A DNA stretch of 64,000 nucleotides from Eledone cirrhosa (GCA_964016885.1 OZ024742.1:81158001-81222000); one strand, 5' to 3'; positions 1 to 14,555 are shown, numbered from the stretch's first letter. Numbers and translations are program-made. Notes: generated by a model from the letters alone, not told the origin.

Positions 1-119
1 GCTTAGCATTTTACATTCAATGCCTCCCCTTTTAAAATGCAACGTTTTATTGAAACGACTACGTGCTCTCAGTGGATCAGTATGTAACCTAAAATACTTC
101 TATAGTATCATTATACGAT

Positions 120-3100
120 ATGCCTAACCGAAAACGACCAGTATTTTCTTCTAAACGAAATAAAACCCTTAAATTGCGAAGAATGGAGGCGCATGCAGTG
201 GTAGGTTTTTTATCGATATCCTTTGCTATTTTGCTTCTTTTACCTCCATAAAAATATTATTTCTGTTTTGAGAAGTTGTAAAATAGTAGTGGCCGAGTTA
301 AAGCATTCAGTTTTTTTTAACACCATGAGACATCGGATGCAAGGGAGGCCCGTCTTACTGCCCAGCGCACTCGCGACAAACGCTCACGTCTCGAGGAGAC
401 TCCGGAGGCAAGGGAAGCCCGTCTTGCTACCGACCGCAATCAGCGCCAACTCTCATTCCTCGGGCAGATTCCGGAAGCAAGCGAGGCCAGTCTTTCTGCC
501 CAGCGACATCAGCGCCAACGCTCGCGTCTCGACGAGACTCCGGAGGCAAGGGAGGACGGTCTTTCTGACCAGCGCACTCGACGTCAACGCTCACGTCTCA
601 ACGAGACTCCGGAGGCAAGGGAAGAAAGGCTGGCAGGTAGACGGCGTAAACGTCATGAAAATGCTGCTATTACAAGAGACACTGTTTGCTTAAAAGCCGG
701 CTTTAACTACAATCCTTCTGATGATTACAACAATCACCCGGATTTGGCTCTTGGAAAAATGGATGAGGTATGTCAGTCCTGTGGGGTTAAGAAGTGGGTC
801 AGTGAGGCTCCAGGTCATTGCTGTTCCGGGGGCAATGTTCAACTTCAGGCGCTGGCTGATCCTCCTGATTTGCTGCAACATCTCATTGGTAACTCTGACC
901 ACGGAGTGAAGTTTCGCAAAAGCATTTGGAGATACAATTCATGCTTCGTTATGACATAATTTGGTGTAAGTGATGGCAGAAAAAAAACAAAAAGAACAAC
1001 AGCAACAAGACTGGTGTCGCCAGCAATTGTGACAACAACGCAAAAAGAAAGAAAGAAAAACTTTACACCTACAAACTTCAAGGTCAGTGTTACAACCTAA
1101 TGGGAAGCCTTCTCTCACAGCTAGGCGAGGAGCCTAAATTCATGCAAGTATTCTTCATGGGCGGGAATGATGAGGGAGTTTCCCAAAGATGTAAGATCAA
1201 TTCATCTGTTGACGGAATCATTGTTGCGGAACTTGAAACTATGCTCCATGCAACCCGTCCATACGTCCGTGACTTGAAGAGTGCTTTGGAGCTTTTGGAC
1301 TCTAGGCATGAGATGAAATTGGTCATCAGAGCTGACAGACTCCTTGCGGGTGGGCATCCTCGATGTGTCAACGCTCCAACTACAAACGAGGTAGCAGCAA
1401 TCATGGTTGACGAAAATCATGGTGCACGTGACATCATCATTCAGCATCGCAATAACACACTGACGTTAGTTGCAGAAACCCATCGGTCGTACGATTGCTT
1501 GCAGTACCCTCTTCTTTTTCCCTACGGCGAGGACGGCTACAACTTCGAGATTCCCACAATTGATCCGAAAAGTCTTGCTGCTTTACCAAAGAAAGTTTTC
1601 AGCATGGATTTTTAGGCATACCGACTCATGATGAGAGACGGTCAATTCAACCAACTACTTAGGTTCAAAGAGCTGACAAACCAGTTCTTGGTTGATATGT
1701 ACGCAAATATTGAAGCGGAACGTCTTCTGTACATACGTACCCATCAAAAAGAACTAAGAGGGGTTCAGTACGCTCATCTTAAGGATGCTTTGCAGCGTGA
1801 CGGTGACGGAACCAATGTTGAGCATCAGGTGATCCTTCCTTCAAGCTTTATTGGCTCACCCCGGTATATACACGGGATGCCATGGCGTATGACCGTATGT
1901 TTCGGCGGCCGGATCTTTTTATTACCTTCACATGTAATCCTAATTGGGTGGAGATTAAGGAGAATTTATTCGCGGGCCAGGTGACGAGTGACAGGAATGA
2001 TATTACAGCCAAAGTCTTCCACAGAAATTTGAAGAAACTAATGTGCTTGCTGAAAGATAAGGCGATCTACGGACAACTCAGTGTTTGTATGTATACTGTG
2101 GAATGGCAAAAGCGGGGTGTTCCACACGCACATATTCTTATTTGGTGCAAAGAACGAATCAAACCTACGGACATTGATCGCGTTATATGTGCAGAGTTGC
2201 CCGATCCCCAAATTGGTTTGCAACTTCCCAACATTGTGCTGGCTAATATGCTACATGGCGCCCCTGTTGCCCTTAACAGCCAACATTCATGCATGGAGGG
2301 GAACGAGTGGACCAAGCACTACCCAGAGCCTTCACCAGGGAAACTTGCACTGGGGTTGACGGCTACCGCATCTACCGACGGCGTGCTCTCGATTTTGGCG
2401 GCCTTTCGGCTAGGATTAAGAAAAAATGGAAAGAATACGACATTGACAACATCAGGGTGGTGCCGTACAGCCCTTCCTGCTTAAATGTTTAATGCTCACA
2501 CCAATGTGGAGTCCTGCACATCTGTTAAAAGCATTAAATACATCTGCAAATACATAAACAAAGGCGGCGACATGGCGGTGGTTGGCCTCAGTGATGGCGT
2601 AGAATCAAAAGACGAATGTACTCAGTTCATGATGGGAAGATACATTTCGTCCAATATGGCGACTTGGCACATTTTGGGGCTTGAAATTCCTCGGTGCTCT
2701 CCAGCAGTTGTTAACTTGGATGTTCACTTAGAGAATGGTCAACGCGTTTATTTCACTGGAGAACCCGCATCGGCTGCTGCCGAACAGCCACCTGAGACCA
2801 CTCTTACAGTATTATTTAAGCTATGTTCTGTCGATACGTTTGCAGTTACCATTTTTACGTCAATGTACCTACCTACTTCACATGGTCGAACAAAAATTGC
2901 ATCGGCGGTGACAATGAGAAAAAGTTGATGATTGGGTAGGTGTCTCCAGAAGTAATGCAATCGGACGCGTGTACAATGTTCATCCGCAGCAACCATAATG
3001 CTTTTTCCTGCGAATGTTGCTGCATCAAATCAAAGGGCCCAAGTCATTCGCCGACCTAAGACTTTTCTATGGCCACATTTGTTCCAGTTACAGGGACGCG

Positions 3101-4941
3101 GGCGTGAAGCGTGGGCTACTCGAGGATGATTCCCACCTGAAGGTGGCGTTGACAGAGGCTGCTGAGTATAAGATGCCTCGAGAAATGAGACGTCTGTTTT
3201 GCATATTCTGTGGAATAGTGACCCCATTAAGCTTTGGGAAACGAATAAGGACAACATGTCAGAGGTCATCCTCCGTAGACTATGAGCTGAAGATACAACG
3301 GCTGACGTTGCTTTCAACGACGCGGTGAACAATGAGGCCCTCATCGACATGGCCGACCATCTTAAAGCTCTTGGAGTTGGTGGTGTATCTGATTTTGGTT
3401 TGCCACAACCTCAAAACACTCACAGTGCTTTAGATGGGGAGTTCATGCGTGAGTTAAATTACAACATTGACGATATGACACATCAGGTAGCTCAGGACGA
3501 ACCCAGACTTTTGCATGACCAGAGACGGGCATATGACAGAATTCTCTCCAGTCCCAATTCAAATGAGGGACGGCTATTTTTCCTGGATGCTGCTGGCGGA
3601 ACAGGAAAAACTGTTCTCATCAACCTTTTGCTTGCGAAGCTACGAAAAGACAAGCGGATTGCTTTATCGGTCGCCTCCAGTGGTATGTGGCGACACTGTT
3701 ACATGGCTATTGTACGGCACACGCCGCATTCAAATTGCCTTTGGACATTGCAAAGAAGGGGAATCCTACGTGTAGAATAGTTCGCGGTGACCCTAAAGCA
3801 CATCTTCTTTCTGAATGCTGCCTGATCATATTGGACGAGGCTACGACGAGTCACAAGGCGGCCTTTGAGATTCTGGATCGAAATCTCAAAGACTTGCGTC
3901 GTAACTCACGCGTCATGTGTGGAGCGACAGTACTACTGGCTCGCGATTTCCGACAGACTCTTCCTGTTATCACTAGAGGCACTAGAGCTGACGAAGTGAA
4001 CGCATGCATCAAGTCGTCCTACGTATGGCAGTATGCCCACAAACTATATCTGACTACCAACATGATATGCTTGGTGACGCAGACTCCAACGATTTCTCAA
4101 AGTATCTACTGGAAGTTGGTAATGGAACTACACCTCGAGTGGATGAAGAGCATATCCGTTTGCCTTTTGGGAACTTTGTCTCAAACATTGACGAACTTAT
4201 GTCATCTGTATTTCCAGACCTTGAATCACGATTACATGATCACACCTGGCTGAAAGAGAGAGCTATTTTGGCACCACACAATACCACTATTGACGTGATG
4301 AACCAAAAAACTACTCGATCAGATTCCCGGAAATGAAGTCTCCTTCAAGTCAAGTGACACCAATAAAAACGCGGACGACGCCAATTGACTTCATCCTCAT
4401 GATCTGAAACTGAAGGTTGGTGTGCAAGTTATGGTGCTGAGAAACCTGGACCACCAGAACTATGCAACGGAGCGCGTTTAATCATAAAAAAATAAGGACC
4501 CAAATTAAGGAGACAACCATTTTGATCGGACCCGCTGCTGGCATGATCAGGATAATTACCCCTATGAGCCTTAGTCCCTCTGACGTCCCCTATGAATTTA
4601 CGCGACGGGAGTTTCCCATAAAACGCTGCTTTGCAATGAGCATTAAGAAAGCACAAGGACAATCGCTGCAAGTGGTTGGCCTAAATCTAACACTGCAGGT
4701 ATTTGCCCATGGTCAACTATTCGTCGGATGCTCCCGCGTCGGCAGTCCACACAATCTCATCATTTGTAGTAACATGGGCAACACCAGGAACGTTGTCTAC
4801 AAAGCAGTCCTGCAATAACATCTTTGAACCCTACTCCACCCAACGTCTCTCTGTCAAACCACTCTCTTCACGTCGCCCCCGAACTTATTAACTTAATAAA
4901 AAAGTGGCCCCCAGTAGCCCGAGTTCAACCGTCTCAGCTGG
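120..4941 (+). mobile_element. Degenerate autonomous-type Helitron (RepHel pseudogene); 5' end uncertain, possibly upstream of the window
   Basis: Rep motifs PDLFITFTCNP, YTVEWQKRGVPHAH and KYICKYINKG, and PIF1 helicase motifs FLDAAGGTGKT, IILDEA, DFRQTLPV, FAMSIKKAQGQSL and HGQLFVGCSRV, spread over frameshifted ORFs. 3' end CAGCTGG|T at 4941 (CTRR). Confidence 0.93.
327..625 (+). repeat. 63-bp coding tandem repeat (~4.5 copies) in the Helitron N-terminus
   Basis: Recurrent gagactccggaggcaaggga; reads ETPEAREARL.. in the RepHel frame. Confidence 0.85.
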
Positions 4942-5015
<74 letters not shown>

Positions 5016-5049
5016 AGGAAGTTATAGTTCACTTGAAGCATTGTGGGTT

Positions 5050-5089
<40 letters not shown>

Positions 5090-5094
5090 CCCAC

Positions 5095-6110
5095 AATGAT
5101 GATGCTGAAGATAATTTTAGAAGGAGCTACAGGGAAGAGCCTTCCTACTGTCTTGGTTTTCATTGACTTCAGGAAGGCCTTTTATTTTCTGCATCTATAC
5201 TGACTGATGAGAATCTTACAGGCTTTTGGAATCCCCAAGAAGATATTGGACCGGTTATCACCGTCCTGCATCAACACTAGTGGCGAAGTCATTACACCTG
5301 ACGGGATGACGGAGATATTGGTGGCAGTGCTCCAGGGTCATACATTGGCTCCCCACTTGTATCATCACCATAGTGGACTATTGTTTGCGCCTTATCCTGG
5401 AGAAACAGCAGGACTTGGGCTTTACTGTAGCACCGGCTCAGAGCAGGAGCGTTAACGCTGTAAAGATATCGGATGCTGAATTTTCTGACGACATACTTCT
5501 GGTGACAAACACTGTGAAGTAGGCAGAGGAGATGATGCACGAGGTGGAGACTGTGCCGATGATTGCGGGAATAAGAATGAATGACAGTAAGACTAAATAT
5601 CTGATGGGGAAAAGTATGGAGCCACAAGATTATGAGTGAGAGAGGAAAGCCGATAGCGTTGTTCGAGGACTTTCTGTATCTGGGAGCAAAGGTTGGGAAC
5701 TGAGTGGATGATTTGGTGGAGAGGAAAAGCAAAACTTGTGTGGCATGCCAAAATATGACGTCGGTGTGGAAGTCGGGCCTACGTAAAATCTGAAGATCTA
5801 CTGTGGAGTATGTGCTGCTGTACGGGTCTCAGACTTAGACACTGACCAACAGACTCACTCAGATGGTGAATGAGTGATAACAGAGAATGCTGATGACTCT
5901 GTGAATATTAATCAGTATTCACTGAGGATGAAGTACACGGAGCTGTACTGGAGTCTCCCAAATGTTAGCTCGAAAATAACACAGAGTAGTGTGCGGTAAG
6001 CTGGACATGCTCACCAATATTCAGAATTGAAACTTCACTCAGTGGTCCTCTGGGAGCCCCTACACGGACACAGGAAGAAGGAGATCGCTAAAGAAAACTC
6101 GTCCATGGAT
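5095..6110 (+). mobile_element. Degenerate non-LTR retrotransposon RT fragment (RTE/RTE-X-like)
   Basis: [41 protein letters not shown] and VVLWEPLHG motifs with stops and frameshifts; (TA)n on both sides. Confidence 0.85.
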
Positions 6111-6127
6111 TTCGATAATCTTACTTG

Positions 6128-6169
<42 letters not shown>

Positions 6170-6185
<16 letters not shown>

Positions 6186-6496
6186 GAAAATGTCTGTCTG
6201 TCTGTGTATCTGTGTATATGTGTATAACCAGTTGGCGCCTACACCGGAACCCTGATGCTGATCAAACTTTACACACATGTTAAGATAAAATGCAGAAACA
6301 GGACTGGCTTATTGGACTTCAATAAACATCAATAAAGGAACCCCTGGAGACACCTTTACCATGGAGGAGGAAAGAGAAGACGTTTCAGTGAGAGAGTGGG
6401 AAGTGGAGATACTACTGCTGTATGTTAATCTCTCCCACTACTCCACTCCCTCTTCCCACAGCTGAATCCTCCGAAACGAGGCAACAACTTATTAGA
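6170..6496 (+). mobile_element. Probable non-autonomous Helitron
   Basis: Start tatataaatgaaaatgtctgtctgtctgtgt...gatcaaacttt resembles Helitron-N 5' ends; subterminal hairpin cctc-cgaaac-gagg followed by tattag. Confidence 0.45.
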
Positions 6497-7396
6497 AATA
6501 TACATATACAAATTTCAAACCAAGCAGACGGCAATCTAATTTTAGTCGACGACTGAACAGATGTCTCTCTCTATATATATATATCGCATCCACTGATATG
6601 AGTTCTGAACACGTGCACACGCTTGGGTCAAATTAAGGTCAACTGCAGAAACCGCTGATAAGTTGCAAAAAAGCGTGATGATCAATGATCTGGAAGTTGG
6701 CTTGCCTTGACACTAGTCCGAAGAATAAAACCCCAAATCGTATGTTGACGAATATTCGTATTCCCGGCATTTTAATTATAAAGTGCCGTCTTTGGGAGTA
6801 TAGTTTATTTCGTCGAATTTTCGAGGTGTCGGATCGTAGGAAGATTGCCACGAATTAAGATGTAAGTTCTCCCCCATTATTGACACTTTGAAACAGTGAA
6901 CGTTACAAGGCCCTCTTTAAGGCCAACACTACTGATTGTTTATCAGATTAATTATGGTGTGTTTTCTCGGGTTATGTCTACTATAGGGAGAAAACGGGAT
7001 GGTTTTGTTGAATTGCTTCAGTTATTCGAAGGGTTTTACAAACGGTGATATACAGGGTGTTTGAACTCTACCTTAATATGTTCACTCGGTTATAATTCTT
7101 CAATAATTGCGATGATTTTCTCAATTGCTCTGTGTTTGTTCTTGATGGCTAAGGCAGTAAGTTTGCTATTCTTATACATTAGTTTGCTGTAGAAGTTTGA
7201 TATTCTTCGAGCTCAAACTTCTCCGGCTTATTCATACTGAATGAAGAAAGCTGGATGGAAGAAGGGCTTATAACTTAAACAGTTACTGATAGTTCCACAC
7301 AAAACTTTGATCAGCCATTAACAAACCTAGCAAAGGTTGCTATTGAAAATCCAGTATGGGCACATAGTGTCACTAGCATTTTCAGGCGCACTCTGG

Positions 7397-7825
7397 ATTA
7401 TTCTGTCTAGAATATTTTTGCTAAGTCTGCCAAGGTCTGATTTAGATGGTGCAATTAATCTGACTGGTAAATCAGTTTCGAAGTTCCTTTTGTGATCCTT
7501 CATATTAATCTTAGGTTTCCTTGGCATGAAGGGTTGTGTCCTATTTTCAATGCCTAGTTCATGCATTATATAAGAGGCATATGTATTCAATTTTTCAAGA
7601 TCGTCTTTATTTGCTACTTTGTATTTCTTCCTTATTTCCTTTAATATAAGATCGTTATACATGTCCTTTTGTATTCCGTGAAGATTATTGGTTTTTTCAG
7701 ATTTGACTAGAATTTTCTCTGTTTTCTCCAAGTTTTCAATATTATTTTTAATATTTCTTAAGTAATCCTGGCCCTTGAAGTTGTTTTTTTAGTTTAATGC
7801 TTTGGATGATAGATATGATGTCATT
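7397..7825 (-). mobile_element. Inverted 5' portion of a Penelope-like element (RT N-terminal part)
   Basis: Minus ORF ILVKSEKTNNL...MKDHKRNF...VRLIAPSKSDLGRLSKNILDRII; its last 34 bp are duplicated in inverted orientation at 7826-7859. Confidence 0.88.
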
Positions 7826-9414
7826 GCAGACTTAGCAAAAATATTCTAGACAGAATAATACCAAAAATTAAGAATTTATCTTATTTAAAATTATGGAAAG
7901 GAAGTAGTGAAGTTATCTATTGGTTTAAAGAAATGAATTATAACTATAATAAGTTTATTCAGTTAGATATTGCTAACTATTACTCATCTATCACTCCTAA
8001 TCTACTGCATAAAGCACTAACTTACGCATTTAACATGCAGAACTAACTAGCAATGAAATGCACATTATATTATCGGCACGGAAAATATTAATAGAATTTA
8101 ATAACCAACTCTGGACTAGGGCAGATAGAAATAATAACTTCGATATAACTATGGGATCATCCGATCCGCTCAGGTAACGGATCTTGTGGGCCTCTTTATA
8201 AATAATTCTCTACATAGAAAAATACCTGAGATAACCGGAGGTTTATATCGTGACTACATGCTTTTACTTATAGAAAATAATAACTGTGAACTAAATAGAA
8301 AGAGAAAACAAATTATACAATTTGTTAATTACCTTAATCTAAAAGTAGAAATAGAGAATAACCATAAAATAGCTAACTTTCTAGATGTAACACTAAATCT
8401 TAACACATGTCTTCATTATCCATTTCACAAACTAAATGAGAACTTAAAATACGTCAATTTTAACTTTAACCACCCCAGATCCGTTAAACATACTATAGTG
8501 AACTCTGTACAGGAGCGAATTTCGAGAATTTCAGCCAATAAGAATATATCTGATGAAAAAGCACATTATTACAACGAAGCGTTAAGTCGAGCTGGGTATA
8601 GAAATAAAATTAAATACATTGATAATAATAATAATATAACAACTAACCATAATCGTAACAATTTTAACTATTTTAACAATTTTAACAACTATAATAGAAA
8701 ACCTTACAATAATTCCGAAAGCGGAAAAACAAATCGAACTAGGAACATATTATGGTTCGACCCTCCTTTCTCATTAAATATTAAAACCCCTATTGCTAAA
8801 CTACTTTTAAAGCTCTTGAGAAATGCTTCCCTAGAACACATAGATATTACTCAACTTTTAATAGACATACTATAAAATTAACTTATTCTTCAACCAAAAA
8901 TTTAGCGCAACATATTAATAGAATTAATAATAAAAATTTAAAACCTAACCAAAATAACACTAATAACCCTAGCAATATCCAATTTGATAAATGTAACTGT
9001 AGAAATAAATCTAACTGTCCGTTAAATAACAATTGCTTAGCTAAAAATATAGTATATAATTGTAATGTAAAAACTAATTTAAATTCATTTAATTATGTGG
9101 GATTCACTTTCACAGAATTTAAATCCCGCTTCAATAATCATAAAAATTATTTTACAGATCCAAACATAAAATCTTCAACTTCTCTATTTAGCTTATTATG
9201 GGACCTCAAACTAAAGAACGTTGAATATTTGTTGATTTGGAATATTATTTCAAAAGCTACTCCTTTTAAATCCTCTTCAGAAAATTGTGATCTTTGTATA
9301 GAGGAAATATTCTTTATATTAAAGACCAAACATTCCCTGAACCTAAGGAACAATTTATTCAGTTGCTGTAGACATAGATTAAACTCAACGTTTAAATATA
9401 AATTTAAAATGTAA
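7826..9414 (+). mobile_element. Penelope-like retroelement RT + C-terminal GIY-YIG endonuclease (GLYRD-type, possibly Nematis-like), pseudogenised
   Basis: QLDIANYYSSI, GLYRDY, NFLDVTLNL, ILWFDPPFS, CNCRNKSNCPLNNNCL, NIVY..NYVGFT..FKSRFNNH, CDLCIEE and CRH motifs. Confidence 0.92.
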
Positions 9415-10850
9415 TATATAATTAATTAATTAATTCTATTAATATATTGAACCTGTCGATAAATCATTAGCTTCCTTCATTTTTTTGACTGCTTATACAC
9501 TCAAGTAAAAAGAAACTTTTCTTCCTAAATATAAATAAATATAATAAACTATTCTAGAGAAATATACTGAAAGCTCTTAAAAGGAGAAAATATTTTTTAT
9601 ATTTTTTATTTTTATATTGTTTGATAGTTTCTCCTATTTTCGAAAGTGTATCCTTTGAAAGTTTCTGTTTATCTCTCTTATGGATATAAAATTAATTTAA
9701 ATATACGTAGAAAATGTCTATACTAAATCTATTAAACATACTATTATTTTGAAATTATAACTTGAAATATTCTATAATATTTTAAAGTTATATTGTTTTT
9801 AAAGTTATATTGCTTATAATTATATTTCCAAATCGTAATATAATTCTTTTGTATTTTATGTACTTCAATTATACTATGTACTGTATTTATATATACTTCT
9901 CTCTCTATATGTGTGTATATATATGTATATGTGTGTATTGATATACATGTACATATGTTTTATGCGTGTGTGTCTATCTGTATGTATATATATATACGTG
10001 ATGCGTATCTACCTATTTGTGTGGGTACATATATGTTTGTATATGTGGGATTTGTGTATGTATATGTACGTGTATATCCATACAATTCGATTGCACTTAT
10101 TTATAATGATTATCCCAAGATTCGTGATAAATAGACATATAATAACAGCCAAAAATACATAACAGGTATTCGTATAAAACTTATATTAAAAAAAATGTGT
10201 TTAATACATGAAGTGTGTATAACATAAAATTTCCTTTAATATCTTAACAATTGTAACATTGATATAACTATATAACGTAATTTTCATTCTCTGATTTTAT
10301 AAGACTCCTATATCTTAAATTAAAGAATCCTTTATATTTTGTATGTATATATTATATAAGTAGTTAGATATGTATATATATTTTTATACGTGTGTATATA
10401 TATTTATATGTATGCATTTTTGCGTGTGTATAGGTGTTATATAATATATAGATCTTTAACAATATAGTCTTAATAATAATATATAGATTTCTTAATATAT
10501 AGATCCCAATTTTTAATCTATTGATCTCAATATTTAACTGATTAACTAAACATCTAATCATATTTAAACAATGGTTAAATGTCTCATATTACATATGTAT
10601 ATTCCATTCATGATTATTAACATTTCTAATTTTATTTATTTATTCATCTCAATTGTTAAGATAACTCAACAAGTTATGACTTAGAGTTTTTCGTTCTCTC
10701 TCCTTTCTCTGTCACCTTTCTCTCTCTATCTTTCTCTCTCTGTTGTTCTGCTCTTTCTCTCTCTTTCTCTTTCTCCGTAAGCCAACGGCTTATTTTAAAA
10801 ATATCCAATACTAACTTACCTAATAATATAATTAAAGTTATAACTCCATT

Positions 10851-11026
10851 ATCCGGGAGCTTCCAACAGTAATGGTTGCATTATTTAAGGGTATGTCAAT
10901 ATTTATTTATAAAACTGATCTATATTATATTTTATCTGATAAAAGCACACCATAATTTAACTTGGTTTCCTTTAAATATGTATAATGAAATAAATTTATA
11001 AATATAGTTTCCATTTGTTAATATCG
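10851..11026 (+). repeat. Family-A HHR-bearing unit (degenerate copy); candidate 3' pseudo-LTR of the upstream Penelope-like element
   Basis: Near-identical to 16920-17100; core decayed to CTGATAA...TAAA. Confidence 0.75.
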
Positions 11027-11034
11027 TATATATG

Positions 11035-11069
<35 letters not shown>

Positions 11070-11991
11070 TCGTACGTGTGCGTATGGGGGCGTATGTGGG
11101 GAAGTTTGTGGGTGTGGGTGTTTGTGTGTGTTTGTGTGTATGTGCGTGTGTGAGTGTGTGTCTGTATGTAAATGTTTATTTTGTTTTAATGACAGATCGA
11201 TTATCTTCAAACAGCAATTCCAATGAATCAGTAACAATAAATTACGTTGGTGATATGTAGTATAGAACCAACTACATACCATTTCACATTAACTTTGACA
11301 TACATGACAAAGTTTGCGATGAAACATACTGTCGGCCTAGAATTATTTATTCGACATGTAGAATATAGAATAAATTAGAAATAAAGAAGGATTTCTATGA
11401 ATGGGTATGCATCATACATAGATTTCTGAACAACGTTATTTGAAAAATATCAGTTGGCAATAACAAAATAGACGGATTTTAAATTCTATTATAGAAACAT
11501 CAAGATTAAGAGATTTACTGTTACACATGTTTTCGGGAAGCCTGATTAATTTCACAAATATGCTTTATCCTATGTTGTCATTTTTCCTTTGACAAATTAT
11601 GATTCAGAGAAATTTACTGTAACGTAAATAATACTTGATGATATATGTGTTTAAGCAAGGAATAATAGAAAGTATATCAAACCCACATTTCTTAAAACTA
11701 TTTACATGAAGTTAAACAAATTAATATATATGTATACATAACAATATTATGTTCCTTCTAATAAAATATATGATGAATTTTGTTATCTAAAAAAGTATAT
11801 ATATATATGCTTACGCACTGACACATGTATATAAATGTATCTATCTATATATATATAGTTAGGGAAGCAGAAAATTGCTTATTGTAATCCAGTTCGTGGT
11901 TAAGACAGCCGGTTTCATGGACGGTTTCAAGGTACGGTTAGGGGTAACTCCACAAGTTTGTAAACATCACGTTCAATCTTGGAGTGTAAAA

Positions 11992-12771
11992 GATAAAAGA
12001 GAAAACACAGGTAAGCATTAAAAAAAGATTTTATTCGGGTATTTACGACCGTTTCATTGGTAAGCGCAATCTTATATTGCTATACTTCAAATAGCAGCCA
12101 CTCAATAATAGTTGTTGTACACGTCCAAATTTTCAAAATAGTGAATAAGTTACTCTTAACAATTTCTTAATATATGGAGAAAAATATTTATTGGAATTGT
12201 ATTTGCTATAGAGAGAGGAAGAGGAATTAGAAAGTGGAGGGAGTAGTATATTATTATTATAATTTAAAAAAAAAAATACATATTTATATTTATCTCTCTA
12301 TCTCTCTCCCTCACTCGCTCTTTCTCTCTCTCTCTCTCTTTCCATCCCTCCCACTATAAACAATTTATTTCTCTTTAACTCACTACACTCTAAATCCACG
12401 ACACCATGTCTACATATATCAAACTGATGAAAGATTCTTTCCACATACACCCCTCCCTCCATCTCAGTTTGTCACTCTATTTCCTAATCCTTCTCCCCCT
12501 TCCCTTCTCTCTATACTACGCCCTCCACTTTCTAATTCCTCTCCCTCTCTTTCTATACTAGGAAATACAATTCCAAAAAATATTTTTCTCTATATATTAA
12601 GAACTTGTTAAGAGTAACTTATTCACTATTTTGAAAATTTGACTTGTACAACAATTATTATTGAGTGGCTGCTATTTGGAGTATAACAATATATGGTTGC
12701 ACTTACCAATGAAACGGTCGTAAATACCAGGAAAACATCCTTTTTTAATGCTTACCTGTGTTTTCTCGTTT

Positions 12772-12774
<3 letters not shown>
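11992..12774. repeat. Fold-back element, ~260-bp inverted arms (11992-12250 / 12512-12774)
   Basis: Arms are reverse complements (gagaaaacacaggtaagcattaaaa / ttttaatgcttacctgtgttttctc); a third partial copy lies at 13513-13604. Confidence 0.9.
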
Positions 12775-12837
<63 letters not shown>

Positions 12838-13460
12838 CAGAGAGAGAGATAAATATAGAGAGAAAGAGAGAGAGGGAGAGAGAGATAGTGTGTGTGTGCG
12901 GGTGTATGGAATCAGTATGGAAAATATATTTAAAGGATCTGTTTTCCTCTCCCCGTTTTTCTTCTTTGCTCCGTCATTTTTAAGAAAATGAGAAAAGCAT
13001 TTTTTTTAAAGGAATTTTATGTGTAAAAAATATATAAAATATAACGGCTTTCTGTGTATCATTGTAATGCATCTCATCAAATATTGAATATTACAATTTA
13101 AAATATTTAAAAAGAATTAAAAATTTAAAATGTAAATTTAAGTGTTGAAGTTGGTCTCTTCATCTTTCTTGTTGAGATGACTGGGTCTAAAATGAAACTT
13201 AAATATTTATATAGAGAGGTAGTCATAGTAGAGGTATTAGTAGTGGTGGTAACTGTGTATTTTGATAGAACAAAATTATTTTTAGGGAGAGGAATTTTCT
13301 GTATATATAGGTGTGTGTATCTCAATTGTGTTAAAGGTTCTGATGGAGGTGTGGGTAGAGGATAAATGTAAGCTAGAGACAATTGCTATAGCGGAGAGAT
13401 GTATATAGGATTGTAAAAGGTTATGGAACTTGTTTATTGAAAGCATGAGTGTGTATGCGT

Positions 13461-13515
<55 letters not shown>

Positions 13516-13896
13516 TGCAACCTTATATTGCTATACTGCAAATAGCAGCCACTCAATAATAATTGTTGTACACGTCCAAATTTTCAAAATACTGAATAAG
13601 TTACACGAACACATGCACTCACGCACTGAATCACACACTTACACACAAAAGTATATATATATATATATATATATTTCGTTTCTGAATTTGTTTAGCAAGA
13701 TTCTTTATCTGAAATCGTGTGTTGAAACCGATATTGTTATACTTTGGGAGGGTCATGTTGCCAATAAGAAACACACGCACCAGTAGCTTTCACTTCAATT
13801 TATTATATATTTATAAATTTATAAATTTACAAATCTACAAATTTATAAATTTCTGGTTGGTTGGTTGGTTCCACAACCAGATAGTTGTTTATATAT

Positions 13897-13941
13897 AGTC
13901 ATAGTCCTTTCGTCACACACTCTTTGACCTCTTCAGTGACT
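13897..13941 (-). ncRNA. Minimal type-I hammerhead ribozyme motif (family B, inverted copy)
   Basis: Reverse complement of 14760-14804 with one stem-II change. Confidence 0.75.
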
Positions 13942-14210
13942 GGGGATTCCTTTCTTTGTTTCTGTGCCTTTCCTTTCTTCTGTCCTACGCCATTTTGTTT
14001 CTGTGTGTGTGTTGCGTGCTCAGTTTGCGCATGCGCCACATCCTGGTGTATGTGTGTGTTTGTGTTCATTTATCTATTTGTTTATTTATTTACATGTTGT
14101 TGGTTGGTTGTTGGTTCTATGTGTGTGTTTTCATTTTGTCCTTAATTGTAAGTTGTGATGTTGCTGTTCCACTCATATTTTCTATTTAATTTTGGTTGTA
14201 ATTCTTTTAC

Positions 14211-14555
14211 TGTATTAACTGTAAAACTAGAAATGTAGTGTATAGCATAAGATGTACTGAAGGACAATGTAGAAACAAAAATATAGTGTACATAGGTGAG
14301 ACAACTCGTAGTATGGGGGAACGGATAAATGAACACTGGTGAGACCTTCAAGATAATAAAGAATCATCTGTACTCTACCAACATGCTAAGATAGAACACA
14401 AGGGTAAATTAGAGAACATAGAAATAAAAATAGAATCTACACACAGAAACGATGCAATGTTTAGACAAATTACAGAGGCAGTAAACATAAAAGAATTACA
14501 ACCAAAATTAAATAGAAAATATGAGTGGAACAGCAACATCACAACTTACAATTAA
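14211..14555 (+). pseudogene. GIY-YIG endonuclease C-terminal domain fragment (not in the ORF track)
   Basis: CINCKTRNVVYSIRC...VYIGETTRSMGERINEHW*...LYQHAKIEH...RQITEAVNIKELQPKLNRKYEW; one internal TGA. Confidence 0.9.

Noticed and set aside
120-330. Possible first exon (MPNRKRP...) and intron of Helitron RepHel
   Set aside because: The donor GTAGGT at 201 is plausible but the acceptor cannot be fixed.
223-693. 156-aa ORF with repeats
   Set aside because: Off-frame reading of the Helitron 63-bp repeat.
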